Shown here one piece after another: positions 50,912-62,441 of a stretch of DNA of 64,000 nt (its first letter is position 1; the number at the start of each line of letters is the position of its first letter). Made by a program: the position numbers and the translations under genes. The DNA comes from Hemiscyllium ocellatum (taxonomy: Eukaryota): the NCBI RefSeq assembly GCF_020745735.1, contig NC_083405.1, forward strand, positions 13,160,913-13,224,912, given 5' to 3'. The notes below the pieces were generated by a model that made no database searches, was not told the DNA's origin, and was given only the letters and a program-made list of their open reading frames with translations.

Positions 50912-51224
50912 ATTCTACAGTGTGTGCAAACAGGCCATTTGGCCCAACAAGTCCACACCTACCCTCTGAGAAGAAACGCATCCAGACCCATTCCCCTACC
51001 CTATTATGCTACAGTTAACCCTGACTAATGCACTTAACCTCCCAATCACTGAACACAACATTTGCAATTCCCCCAGCTTGTGCATCTTTGAACTGTGGGA
51101 GAAAATACACACAGATATGGGGAGAAAATGCCAACTCCACACAGAGTCACCCGAGGCTGGAATGGAACCCGAGTTCCTAGCACTGTGAGGCAGCAGCGCT
51201 AACCACGGAACCAGCGTGCCGCCC
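50912..51224 (-). mobile_element. Older HE1-like SINE
   Basis: AAACAGGCCATTTGGCCCAACAAGTCCACACC ... GTGAGGCAGCAGCGCTAACCAC..GTGCCGCCC. Confidence 0.8.
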
Positions 51225-51269
51225 CACTAGGTACCCTGCTGCTGGAAATACCCAACAGCTGGCAGTACC

Positions 51270-51560
51270 CCTGGAGAAAAATCAGAGTGAATCATAGAAC
51301 ACTACAGCGCAGTACAGGCCCTTCGGCCCTCGATGTTGCGCTGTCCTGTCATCCTAATACGAAGCCCATCCCACCTACAGTATTCCATGTACATCCATAT
51401 GCCTGTCCAATGACAAATGTATTTAAACTTGGCGAATCTACTACCGTTGCAGGCAAAGCATTCCATACCCTTACTACTCAATGAGTAAAGAAACTATCTC
51501 TGACATCTGTCTTATACCTATCACCCCTCACTTTAAAGTTGTGTCCCCTCGTGTTTGCCA
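51270..51560 (-). mobile_element. LINE (CR1-like) 3' tail fragment
   Basis: CATAGAACACTACAGCGCAGTACAGGCCCTTCGGCCC is the reverse complement of the tail at ~52690-52735. Confidence 0.7.
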
Positions 51561-51644
51561 TCCCCATACTTGGAAATCAGGTCCAGTGAGCCTTCCTCAC
51601 TTATCAATGCAAAGCAGAATGTTCTCTCTGGGAGGAAGGTCACT

Positions 51645-51645
<1 letters not shown>

Positions 51646-51675
<30 letters not shown>
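51646..51675. repeat. (CAG)10 microsatellite in the J-C intron
   Basis: Ten perfect CAG units, counted directly. Confidence 0.95.
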
Positions 51676-51677
<2 letters not shown>

Positions 51678-52039
51678 CAGGCAGGAGCTGAGCACTGGGA
51701 CTAGGAAGATGGCTGTCACGGCTGAACTCAGGCCAATTGTCTGGAAGTTGAAACATCTAATTTACAATTATCTGAATTCTGGAGGCCTCTGAAAAATGGA
51801 GGACCATTAAGGTTCAGAGACTTTGGAGTGTTACAGTTGAATATTTATGTAAATATGCTTTGAGAAATGAACAAGTAATCTTTAACTTTAATAACTATCA
51901 AACTGATACGCAGTTCACCACCAAATCTCAGTTTTCAAACTAACCACTGCACTTACTCTGCCTAGACCTAAATTTTCACTCACATTGACAAACCCTACCC
52001 TGCTATACACCCATTCATGCCCGGAACACACAACCCCTA

Positions 52040-52740
52040 TCACACAAAACACATCCAAGGCAATCCATATTGGTAGTGTAGCTGAGCAGAGAGATCTCGG
52101 TGCCCATGTACATAGATCCCTAAAAGTTGCCAGCCAGTTTGATAGAGTTGTTAAGAAGGCATACTTTGTGCTGGCTTTCATCGATAGAGGGACTGAGTTT
52201 CAGAACCACGAGGTTAGGTTGCAGCTGTACAAAACTCTGGTGTGGCCGCACTTGAGAGTATTGTGTACTGTTCTGGTCACCACATTATAGAGAGAATGTG
52301 GAAGCTTTGGAAGAGTTCAAAGGAGGTTTACCAGGAAGTTGTTTGGTATAGCAGGAAGGTTTAATGAGGAAAGGATGAGGGTATTGAGGATGTTTTTGTT
52401 TGAGAGAAGAAGGTTGAGAGGTGACTTAATTGAGACATAAAAGATAAACAGAGGGTGGCCAGTGAAAGTCTTTTTCTTTGAATAGTGATGGCTAGCAGGA
52501 GAGGACATAGATGATAGATGTCAGAGGTTGTTTCTTTACTCAGAGAGTAGTAGGGACATGGAATGCACTGCCTGTACCAATAGTACACTTGCCAACTTTA
52601 AGGGCATTTGGTCATTGGATAAACATATGAGTGAAAATGGAATCGTGTAGGATAGATAGGCTTCAGATTGGTTCCACAGGTCAGCGCAACATCGAGGGCT
52701 GAAGGGCCTGTACTGTAATGTTCTATATTCTATATTCCTG
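52040..52740 (+). mobile_element. CR1 LINE 3' fragment
   Basis: QLYKTLVWPHL motif (ORF 51985-52290) and tail GGGCCTGTACTGTAATGTTCTATATTCTAT. Confidence 0.8.
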
Positions 52741-53359
52741 ATGGGCATATGATCTCAATTCCTTTCAGTCATTTACACTCCTGCCACCCTGCACCTGGCC
52801 CATGGCGAATCTGGCCCTGACTGGACCTGGCACCATCATTTTCACAACCTCTGACAAAAGCCCACTAGCCAAGACATGACCTCAGCCCTTGATCACTGAC
52901 CTCTCATCTTACCCAAGACAACCTGTGCACATTGCATCCTAGCTCCTTTGGCATCTGTGCTTTACAACCTACCATTTTGCCAGACTCCGAGCTTTGCATT
53001 TTGACAACACTTCCACCTGTCACTTCATTACAGTGACCTTCCACCCCCGAAACATCCTTGCACTCTGCGCACCTCTACACTAACCAGCCTGGCATCCTTC
53101 CCACCTGTCCATAGACCAGCCTGGCAAAGATAGACCTCCTGCATTTCAGCTCAAATTACCCCTCACCTACCAAGCACAATCCGACCAAATTATCCTGTGA
53201 CCATTACCATTTACCTTGATGCCACCTTGCCAGACAGAGTGCACGCAAGCTTACCCAGCAGCCAGCCAACACCTCACAGCCTACCTGCCCAAACTCTCCC
53301 ACATGCCCAATCTAGCCCCTCACTTGCTCACCACCTTCCAACTTTGAGCCTACTCCACC

Positions 53360-53580
53360 ATAAAGTCAGTGAGTCATAAAGTCGTACAGCACAGAAACAG
53401 TTCCTTTGGTCCAGCCCATCCATGCTGACCAGAGTTCCCAAATTAAACTCATTCCACTTGCCTGCCTTTGGCCCATATCCATCCAGACCGATCCAGTTCC
53501 TGTAGCTGTTCAAATGTCTTCTAAATGTTGGACCTAGCTCTGCATTTACCGCTTCCTCTGGCAGTTCATTCCAATGTTTT
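53360..53580 (-). mobile_element. CR1 LINE 3' tail fragment
   Basis: GAGTCATAAAGTCGTACAGCACAGAAACAG..TTTGGTCCAGCCCATCCATGCTGACC, the same tail family as at 4275. Confidence 0.7.
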
Positions 53581-54482
53581 GGACAGTTACAACATGAAGC
53601 CCTAACTCCTGCACTCAGTGCTCTGACCAATGAAGGTACTTGTGCCAAACACCTTCAACACACTAGGTACTTGAGACAACGCTTTCAAGAATCTATGAGT
53701 CTTGAATCTATGAATTTCTGTGGTGGAGAATTCCAAACCAATTCACCATTCTTGTGCTGAACAGTAAACAATCAGGTTCAATGTTATCGAGTGTTGGGAA
53801 GACTGGTGAGCAGCAAGATTAATGATGATCCCATGAATGGAATAGCCTTCTAGAGAGGCCGAGATGCCTTCTTCAGCTTCCATTTTGCATGCTGACATGT
53901 CCCTTCGGCAGCATGTTCCAAAATTGTGATCCTTGAGGATAAGGGCACACATGCATGTAAAGCTTTCCTCCAAATCAGACTTCAGCTTGACTCTCAACTA
54001 TTTCCCTGCCCATTTCCTCTTCCTCAATCACAGCCATGGGACTCACTTCCTTACAGCGCTGTGAATATGCTAATACCACACAAATTTCAGCAATTCAAAT
54101 AGACTGATGACAACTGGTTTCTCAAGGCGATATAAAAAGTCTGACACTTCCACACTGGTCTAAAGATTCAAACAACCACTGGAAGAATTGAAAATTATTT
54201 GAGGCAGTTGTGTGTCTACACAAGATGACATGGTTTCCTTTTTTAAAAATCACACAACACCAGGTTATAGTCCAACAGGTTTAATTGGAAGCAAACTACC
54301 TTTCGGAGCAACGCTCCACTATCACCTTGTGTTGTGTGATTTTTAACTTTGTACACCCCAGTCCAACACCGGCATCTCCAAATCATGGTTTCCTTTTGTG
54401 TGATTTGACTGTGTTTTCACTGAATGAACAGAGCTATTTCTTAATCATATAACAGGAATGAAGCTTCCCTCATTTTTAGCAA

Positions 54483-54681
54483 CAGCTGAAAATGTGTTGC
54501 TGGAAAAGTGCAGCAGGTCAGGCAGCATCCAAGGAGCAGGCAGCATCCAAGGAACCCTTCCTGAAGAAGGGCTCATGCCCGAAACGTCGATTCTCCTGTT
54601 CCTTGGATGCTGCCTGATCTGCTGCGCTTTTCCAGCAACACATTTTCAGCTCTGATCTCCAGCATGCAGTCCTCACTTTCT
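54483..54681. mobile_element. Fold-back Penelope pLTR insertion with hammerhead core and 15-bp TSD (CCTCATTTTTAGCAA at 54468-54482 and 54682-54696)
   Basis: The left arm GCTGAAAATGTGTTGCTGGAAAAG..GGCAGCATCCAAGGA is the reverse complement of the right arm. CTGAAGA..GGGCTCATGCCC..GAAACGTC lies at 54561-54588. Confidence 0.85.
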
Positions 54682-55409
54682 CCTCATTTTTAGCAAGGCA
54701 ATCACACATTATATTTCTTTATTCCAGGGAAGTATAGTGTTAAATTAATGAAATATGATGACTGGGATGTTTCAATTGGAAATTGTCAGAAATTTAAAGT
54801 TTACTTTCATGAGCAATTAATTTCAGCCTCATTGTGTCACAGTACTCACAGGAATGTCTTTCAGAAATGGTGTCTCCCTTTGTTATGGGCAGTTGAATCA
54901 GTAAATCTGGGATAGTTTTTGCTTGTTAAACAAAGGTGTTAAAGAGTTTTCGCCAAAGGGAGACCTGTGGATTTAGCTTACAGATGCACCATGATCTAAG
55001 TAAGTGGTGGAACAGCTCGAGGGGCTGAGTGTCCTCCTCTTGTTCCTACCTTCCGATCATTGTGTCATTCATTAAGCTAGCACTGGCCATGAATACTTTT
55101 TATTAAAATATTTCAACAAATTAATTGTGTCACATGCTTTAAAAGAACTTCTGTTGATTATTTGGAACAGGATCATTGACATTCTCTATTTAAGTAATCA
55201 AATTAACTTCCACCCATTTACAGCAGCCACTGCACTCTGGAGTGTGTTGTTACTTCATAATAGTTTCTTGTGAAACTACAGCTCGAGATCAGGGCACTCA
55301 AATTCAATAATATCTCTGAACATTCACAATTTGTTCAAATGCATCGTTTCTCTGAAGAACGTGTTTAATCGAACAGAACTTTTTTCAATGAAACAACAAA
55401 CTTTAAATG

Positions 55410-55520
55410 CTAGAAAACCAAAATAAAGACAGAAACTTCTGAAGAAACTCAGCAGGTCTAGCAACTCCTGTGGAGAGAAGGCAAGATTAACCTTTCGCAT
55501 CCAGAGACCCCCTCTTCACC
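55410..55520. mobile_element. Old Penelope-derived short fragment
   Basis: ACAGAAACTTCTGAAGAAACTCAGCAGGTCTAGCA..CTGTGGAGAGAA..TTAACCTTTCG..GACCCCTCTTCA; recalled family similarity only. Confidence 0.45.
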
Positions 55521-57414
55521 AAATTGTTTTCATGTTTTTGGCACAAGAGCTCACACCTGTTGAGATAAACAGTGATTACGTTGGCTTGACTCCTGTTGGA
55601 AAAAGAATTCTTAGCAGAGGTACTGGATGGTCTGAGATAGCAATTGAAGACCAACTGAAAAGCTATCACCATCTGCTGCAAGTGTGAATATGCTAATACA
55701 ACACAAACTTCAGCAATTCAAATAGACTGATGACAACTGGTTTCTCAAGGTGATATAAAATCAGCGGAACCCTCACCGTACTGAACAATCAAATTCAGCT
55801 ACAGCACTGGTTTAATATAAAGTAAAACATCCTAAGCATAATCTCATCAAATATGCTTCGAAAATGATTCATTCTGGATTAGTTATAAATGATATTGTTA
55901 GAACAGCAAGTCAAAAGCTGGGATTTCTTTGAGCACTTACTCCATTAACCCCATCTAGCGATGCCCAAAAACTTGTGAACAAATATTGATCTGGAAAAAG
56001 CTGCTTACCACCAAAATTCTGTTTAATATCTAAGAGAAACAAGTCAGGACAGCGATTGAATAGATTTCACTGGCCTCTGTGAGTGGAATTCCAACAAACA
56101 CCCAAACGTCTCAATCTGCTTTCTTGCATTGAAGTAACCTGATAAGAGATGGTGTTACATATCTCTCTAACAGATTGTAAGTGAACACAGGCCACCTGGC
56201 ACAGAATCAGGGACCCTACCACAACTTCACAACAGACCTGAACACAATGAGCTCGACACTATCACGGAGAACATAGCACACCTGTTTTCACAGTATATAA
56301 ACCATGTTAGTTATTAACACCTTCCAAAATCAGGGATTGTTCTAGAATATTTGTACAATGAAAGTAACATTTCAAGAATACTTTGACAGCAGCTCCAAAT
56401 TATTCAAACTCTATGGGAACTACAGAGCAATAAAACTAGGAATTGCATTGGCATCAATTCACTGTCACTGGATTCCAACCTCGAACTCCCTTCCTCTTTC
56501 CCGTGTGAATGTTGCTGCACCAGACAGTCTACTTAGTTTGAAAAAGATTAAAATGTTTTGAAGTGTAATATGACCGTTGCCAGTGACATTAAACGCTGAT
56601 AATAGGTTTTCAAATAATAAGATGCAAAAAAAATTCTGATTCTACATTGTGCCACGAAACATGTCCTGCATAACTGAGGCACCAAGAAAATATGCAGCAT
56701 ATTTCCCTCTGCCTCGCTCAATCAAATATCCCTTGTTGCCAACAACCAATTCCAAAACTCTTGCTATCTGCCTTTTGTTCCTGAAACGTTCGTTCTGATT
56801 GGAACAACTTAGTCAGGGCTCTCAATTCTGAGGCACCTAATCGAATATTGTATTTCTGGCAGATAAAAGTGGCTTTGAAGCACGAGATGAAATTGAACTG
56901 TCTGAGATTCAGGTATCCGAACTGGACAATTTACAAATGGTCAGGACCGTTGACAAGTTAGTCAGCGATAGCACTGAAATAAACTGTACAACAGACTTAA
57001 TCCCAGAGGATACACTGCTGAACTCCTCACGTCAAATACATTCACTGTAATTGAATATTCATCAGAAGAACTAACCAGTGGATTAATGTGAATGAGAATG
57101 TGTTCACAATGAACATAATAAACAAAATTATTGAGGTGGGAAATATCGCCATTTAAAGCACAGATCGGGAGGAAATGGATTATTCTCTAAATTATTTTTA
57201 CATATTCTTAAAACATTCCTTGAACTGTGGAGATTTTGCATGCATTGCATAAAGTCAATACTGCATTCCAGTGTGGAAAGCATTTTTGTTGAAGGAATTA
57301 GGGCAAGGTTATTTTCTTGTTAACTGCTTTTAATGAACTAAAATGTTTAAAAAGGTATGAATTGAAAACATGCTTCTGTCTGGAGTTGCCCACTTTAACA
57401 GATGACTAAGTAAA

Positions 57415-57681
57415 TGTGGCACTGCTGCCTCACAGATCCAGGTACCCAGACTCGGTTCCAGCCTCGGGTGACTGCCTATCTGGAGTTTACACAATCTCAC
57501 CTGTGTCTGTGTGTACACGTCAGGTGAACTGGTCATGCTATATTGTCTACAGTGTTAGGTGCATTAGTCAGGGGTAAATATAGGGTAGGGGAATGGGTCT
57601 GGGTGGGTTATTCCTCAGAGGGTCGGTGTGGACTTGTTGGGCCAAATGGCCCGATACATACTGCAGGAAATCTAATCTAAA
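57415..57681 (+). mobile_element. Older HE1-like SINE
   Basis: GCACTGCTGCCTCACAG...GGACTTGTTGGGCC...TCTAATCTAA. Confidence 0.8.
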
Positions 57682-57923
57682 TGATTGTCACACTTACCTA
57701 ATGTGAGCAGATTCCTTCCGATCGCTACATTGCAATAAATCGGTCAAGAATATTAATTAAAATAAATATTACTCTATTTTCAGTGTCTGAATAAACAATG
57801 TGCTCTGTTATCCTCTAGTTCATGTCTTCTGCAAATTTGTGACCTCTGCATACGTCTGAACACATCGATGTAAAATGAATTCTCTGCGTTTGCAGCAAGT
57901 ACTCCCATGGTTTTAAGAGTCAA

Positions 57924-58266
57924 ATTCCTACAGTATGGAAACAGGCCATTTGGCCCAACAATTCCACACTGACCCTCTGAACAGTAAGTAGCCCACCCAG
58001 ACCCATTCCCCCTAATTTATATTTTCCCCTGACTAATGCACCCTAACCTACACATCCCTGAACACTATGGCTGTGCTAAATTGCACAATCACCTAACCTA
58101 CACTTCTTTTGGACTGTGGTAGGAAACCAGAGCGCCCAAAGGAAACTCACGCAGATACAGGGAGAAAGTGCAAACTCCACACAGGCAGTCACCCGAGGGT
58201 GGAATCAAACTTGGGACCCTGGCACTGTGAGGCAGCAATGCCAATCACTGAGCCACCATGCTGCCC
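57924..58266 (-). mobile_element. Older HE1-like SINE
   Basis: GGAAACAGGCCATTTGGCCCAACA ... GTGAGGCAGCAATGCCAATCACTGAGCCACCATGCTGCCC. Confidence 0.8.
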
Positions 58267-59844
58267 TGAGAGTTCATGAGTGGATTACTTTAATTAATTC
58301 GAAATTTGGCCTTGATCACATAATTCACTATAGCAGTTGTTTCCGAAAGAATGATTCTTCGGTTGATATTTTGTTGTAAAATGTAACTATTTATTTTAAA
58401 TGCACAGATTGGGAACACCTAAAGCACTGTGCAGGTTAAATAATTCAGTTAAATGTTTTATTTTTATCCTGCAAATCCAGTTTAATCAGGGCCATAACAA
58501 TTAATTAACTCAAGTTATGTGTGAAACTGATCAAAGCAGTAAAACTGATCTGTTCTTCATAGAATTGAGCAGAATTTCCAAATGGTCTTTGCCAATGATC
58601 TTTTCCAGCCAGAAAAATATGTATGTCGTGTACAGCGGAATTGAAGGGTGTTTCTTGATCAATTATAGCACAGTCATGGCATTTTTGCTCAAGAGCAAGA
58701 ACTATTAGAACATTAGACTTTTGGAATTCTATTTATATTTCTCTATGACTTGTAAACTGTTTAAATACAGACCTTGTGATTGAACTAGATAGTTGAGTTT
58801 CAATTTGGAGTGTAAAGCATGGATTAGATTAATCCTTAATTATTTATTTTAAGTAAAAATGGCGCCTGAATGTATCTGTTTTCCCTTCATTTCTAAAACC
58901 TTTGCAATTTGCCTTTCACTTAATAATAGACTTTATGAAATTTTAACTCGCATGCTGATTGCATTGAATGAAGAAAGAGCAGTTCACTGTCACCAACCTT
59001 GTTAACATTGCAAAAACAATGTAGAAACCAGAAACGGTTTCCCAGATATAACACATTTAATGTTACCCAAGCACAGTCCCTCCTCAACAGATCAACGATC
59101 ACTAGATCACAACACAGTGTGTTTGCAGCAGAACTAGCTCTGCAAACATTTTCAACAGAACCAAGAACATGATGTATCCTCACAAAAAAAACGAATTGAA
59201 ATCTAACAAAGCTGCTCAGAATCAAGCAAACTAATGATTAAATAACAAGTCATAACAGCAACCTTGTTTGTGAGGGGACTTAACGCTTAAAACTGTAACG
59301 TTTCTGGCAATAGTTCAATTTATTTCCAACCTGCACACCCTTCCTGATCATGACAATCTTGTGCAGCGCACAGTAGAGTAGAGTTGAAGGCATATATTGA
59401 TTACTTCATGGTCAAAACAAAATTACTGAATGGACAAATATTACCACATTATAATTTTAAGTTAGTTTCAATTACGTAATCTGATCAATTCTGCAGTTTC
59501 AGATTTTAGACCCAAATTTTATTTTGAATGAGGCTACTCAAAACAAAATTCAGTTAGTTTACAATAAGAACTGAGTTTTTTTTAAGTCAATGCATTGAAA
59601 ACTCGTTTTTTTCATTTCTCACACTTCCGGGTTTCTGCCTTAAGTTGTTTTTCAGACCGTTACAAATGGATGTAATGTTTTCAATCAAGCAGAGAAAAAT
59701 GTGTCATATAAGTTTAACAAATGCAGAAATGATTCATGAAAAACAAAAGAACTTCACAAATATTAGTAATGAAAAGTATTCCAGAGTCGATCTCCTCACC
59801 AGAAAGAAAACATCGATTCAGAAAGCATGAAAACGCAGATCAAT

Positions 59845-60105
59845 TTCACAAACTGAATAAGAATCCAATCAACTCAATTCAACAGAATCAAGGAAAATAA
59901 AATCAGAATCCAATCAACTCAAAACAACAGATTTGAATGAAACATAATCAGAATCCAACCAATTCAATTCAACAGAATCAAATAAAACAAATTTCAAAAA
60001 CCAATCAACACAATTCAACAAAACCAAGTAAAAACAAAGCCAAAATCCAATCAACTCAATTCAACAGAATCAAGGAAAACAAACTCAGAATCTAATCAAC
60101 AGAAT
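59845..60105. repeat. 45-bp tandem repeat (~5.5 copies) in the J-C intron, ~0.5 kb 3' of JH
   Basis: GAATCCAATCAACTCAATTCAACAGAATCAAGGAAAATAAAATCA recurs at 59861, 59906, 59951, ~59996, ~60041 and ~60088. Confidence 0.85.
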
Positions 60106-60616
60106 GCAATATAGCACCGCAAGAAACTTTTATGACAGTTTCTAACCTGTTTGTCATCAACAAAATTAACAAAATAAATGAGAAAATATAATCATGATAA
60201 GAACATATATTCAAGAAATGAATGATGATATTTTAGCATATTTTAGTCATGTTTGATAATATCTTGAACATCTTTGAATTCTTAGCGGTTGTTGTTGATA
60301 ATAAAACTCACACTCAGGGCACACTGACATTAAACATTATTTATAGCTGACTGATTAAGAGACATTAGGTGTTTCAAGTAACCCAGCCACATAGAATGCC
60401 CATCTGATAAAAAAAAGAGATACACCGAGCAACTGACTCCATCATCACCATTTTAACTATTTGCTGAGCCTTAACTAAAGTCTAAAATCAGTCTGAACAA
60501 AAATCAATCCGAACCAAACCAAACTCAGCACAGAATCTGAGTTTCATGTAATTCAGAAATTAGTCACATGAATAGAAAGTTTTTAAAAAGTCACTAAGAA
60601 TGTTCAAAGTTCTTAC

Positions 60617-60664
60617 CTGAAGTCACTGTCACCATGGTCCCTTGGCCCCAGTAATCAAGATAGT
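60617..60664 (-). CDS. IGHJ: JH gene segment (YLDYWGQGTMVTVTS)
   Basis: WGxG motif and donor TCAG|GTAAGA; preceded by a perfect heptamer. Confidence 0.97.
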
Positions 60665-60703
60665 CACAGTGTTACATTCTCTGGACTGGGTCACACAAGA
60701 ACT
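60665..60703 (+). promoter_or_regulatory. JH 23-RSS: CACAGTG (60665-60671) + 23 bp + ACAAGAACT (60695-60703)
   Basis: Read directly. Confidence 0.92.
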
Positions 60704-61062
60704 AGCCCTGCATAATATAAATCAAAAATCTACCATCATTTTAAATTTTCAGAACCACAGGCAAAATAAAGTCACGATAAATCTTCATCACATGATTGCG
60801 CTAGTGTATTTTGATCATTCTTGATAAATTTTAATACTGTTTTATACTTCACAGAGTAACACATGAGCTGATTCTCAAAATCCCCAACTGGTATATCAAT
60901 AATTACCCATCACTTTTACAAATTAAATAGTGATACAGGCATAAAACCCCACATAAAACCCTTACTGCACTGCAAGTTAAGACAGTTTGTAGAAGTAATC
61001 ACTGACTAATTTCAAACAATGGAGGCTGTGAATAGGTTTTTGTATTGATCATAATTGCAGTG

Positions 61063-61077
61063 TCACTCCAGCTATAT
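61063..61077 (-). CDS. IGHD: D2 gene segment ATATAGCTGGAGTGA (15 bp)
   Basis: Flanked by two 12-RSS. 3': CACTGCA (61062-61056)/12/ACAAAAACC (61043-61035). 5': CACTGTG (61078-61084)/12/CCAAATACA (61097-61105). Confidence 0.9.
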
Positions 61078-61446
61078 CACTGTGAGACACGTTGTGCCAA
61101 ATACAATGACAGACTGTAAACTGTAAAATGCAGATAATTTCTTCACTTCCTAGAAAGCAGTGATTCAGACTCCTCTAAAAATGATTTGGTGTATTATTTC
61201 AGCTTTTACTATTCATTGTATTTTGAAAGCTTGGAATACTTTTCCAGGTTTGGTCTGCATTTAACTTGACAATCAACACGAAGAAGGTAGAAAAATTATA
61301 TACATTTGTACAAACTAGCACGACTGGATTGTGTTTAAATTGTATCTCACATTATTTCTCGCTCCTGCCATGGTAGAAATCACCAATTTGAGATAAATCC
61401 TTGTCAGTGGTTATTGTATGAGGATGTCGCTGTGCACAACACTGTG

Positions 61447-61460
61447 ACCCACTGTAGTAT
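61447..61460 (-). CDS. IGHD: D1 gene segment ATACTACAGTGGGT (14 bp)
   Basis: 3' RSS CACAGTG (61446-61440)/22/ACAATAACC (61417-61409). 5' RSS CACAATG (61461-61467)/12/ACACTCATT (61480-61488, degenerate). Confidence 0.9.
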
Positions 61461-61834
61461 CACAATGATGTAGACTATTACACTCATTCTCTGTTCTTTA
61501 CTCTAGGTCTCAATTTTCATTTGAAAGAGCCATTTAGTACTGATCATGTTTAGAATGAATGCCATAGTTGATATAACAATTAGCAGATTTCCTGAGCTGT
61601 CAGATATATTTTGTCCGGGCATTTAATTGATGGAAGTGTTAGCAGTACATATGACATGCCTAAAACATTGTCCCATTGTGTCACCAGTTTCCTAGTTTAA
61701 ATGGTACATTTCCTCTTTGATAGCTTTGTAAGAGGCAGCCTGAGTTCTGCTTCAGATCGCAGTTGGTATAATTGCATTTAAAACTCAAACTGACAGTCAG
61801 TTTATGATGGAATTGACAAAATGTTCCCTCGAGC

Positions 61835-61873
61835 TGTTTTTGAACGGGTCCAGCCCTGGTTCCTCTCGCCGTG
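61835..61873 (-). promoter_or_regulatory. VH 23-RSS: CACGGCG (61873-61867) + 23 bp + TCAAAAACA (61843-61835)
   Basis: Immediately follows TAT TAC TGT GCA AGA GAC. Confidence 0.88.
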
Positions 61874-62178
61874 GTCTCTTGCACAGTAATAGATGGCGGT
61901 GTCTTCGATCTTCAGGTTAGTCATGTCCAACGTGAAAATGTTGTTTGAAGTGTCTTTGGACGCACTAAATCGATTCTTAATCGCTGGTGCATAGTTATTG
62001 CTGGATGAACTATAGTAGCTAACCAGCCACTCCAGACCCTGGCCGGGAACCTGGCGGACCCAGCTCATCCAGTTGCTGCCAAGATTGAACCCGCTGGTTC
62101 TACAGGTCAGTTTCAGGCTGCCTTCGGGATGGCCAGTCTTTGCCTCTGGCTGGGTCAAAACAATCTCCGACTGGACAC
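61874..62178 (-). CDS. IGHV: VH exon (CVQS|[22 protein letters not shown]...[12 protein letters not shown]...[10 protein letters not shown])
   Basis: Acceptor TTTCTTGTCTTTTTTAAAG. Both canonical Cys, FR2 Trp and the YYC motif are present with no stops; shark IgM-type VH. Confidence 0.97.
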
Positions 62179-62307
62179 CTTTAAAAAAGACAAGAAATAA
62201 ACCATGAGCATTAATGCAGATGAAATGATGGCTGAGTCTTTTACATTCCTGCGGTAGACTAACATTGAGACAGTAACAAAGACAGACTTGAACAAAAAAA
62301 CACTCAC

Positions 62308-62356
62308 ATGATAAGAAAGTCAGTAATAAACTGAGAAAAATTGTCGACACAATCAT
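62308..62356 (-). CDS. IGHV: VH leader exon ([16 protein letters not shown])
   Basis: ATG at 62356, hydrophobic signal peptide, donor T|GTGAGT; phase 1 matches the V exon. Confidence 0.93.
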
Positions 62357-62441
62357 TCTGATAACTTCTGGGAAGCGGTTCTGTCAAGATCTTTCTAAAC
62401 AAAGCCGATCCCGGAGTGTTGAATTACGGTCCAGTGCCTAG

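Noticed and set aside
51481-51792. Poly-Q protein ORF
   Set aside because: It is a chimera of a LINE tail and a (CAG)10 microsatellite, antisense within the J-C intron.
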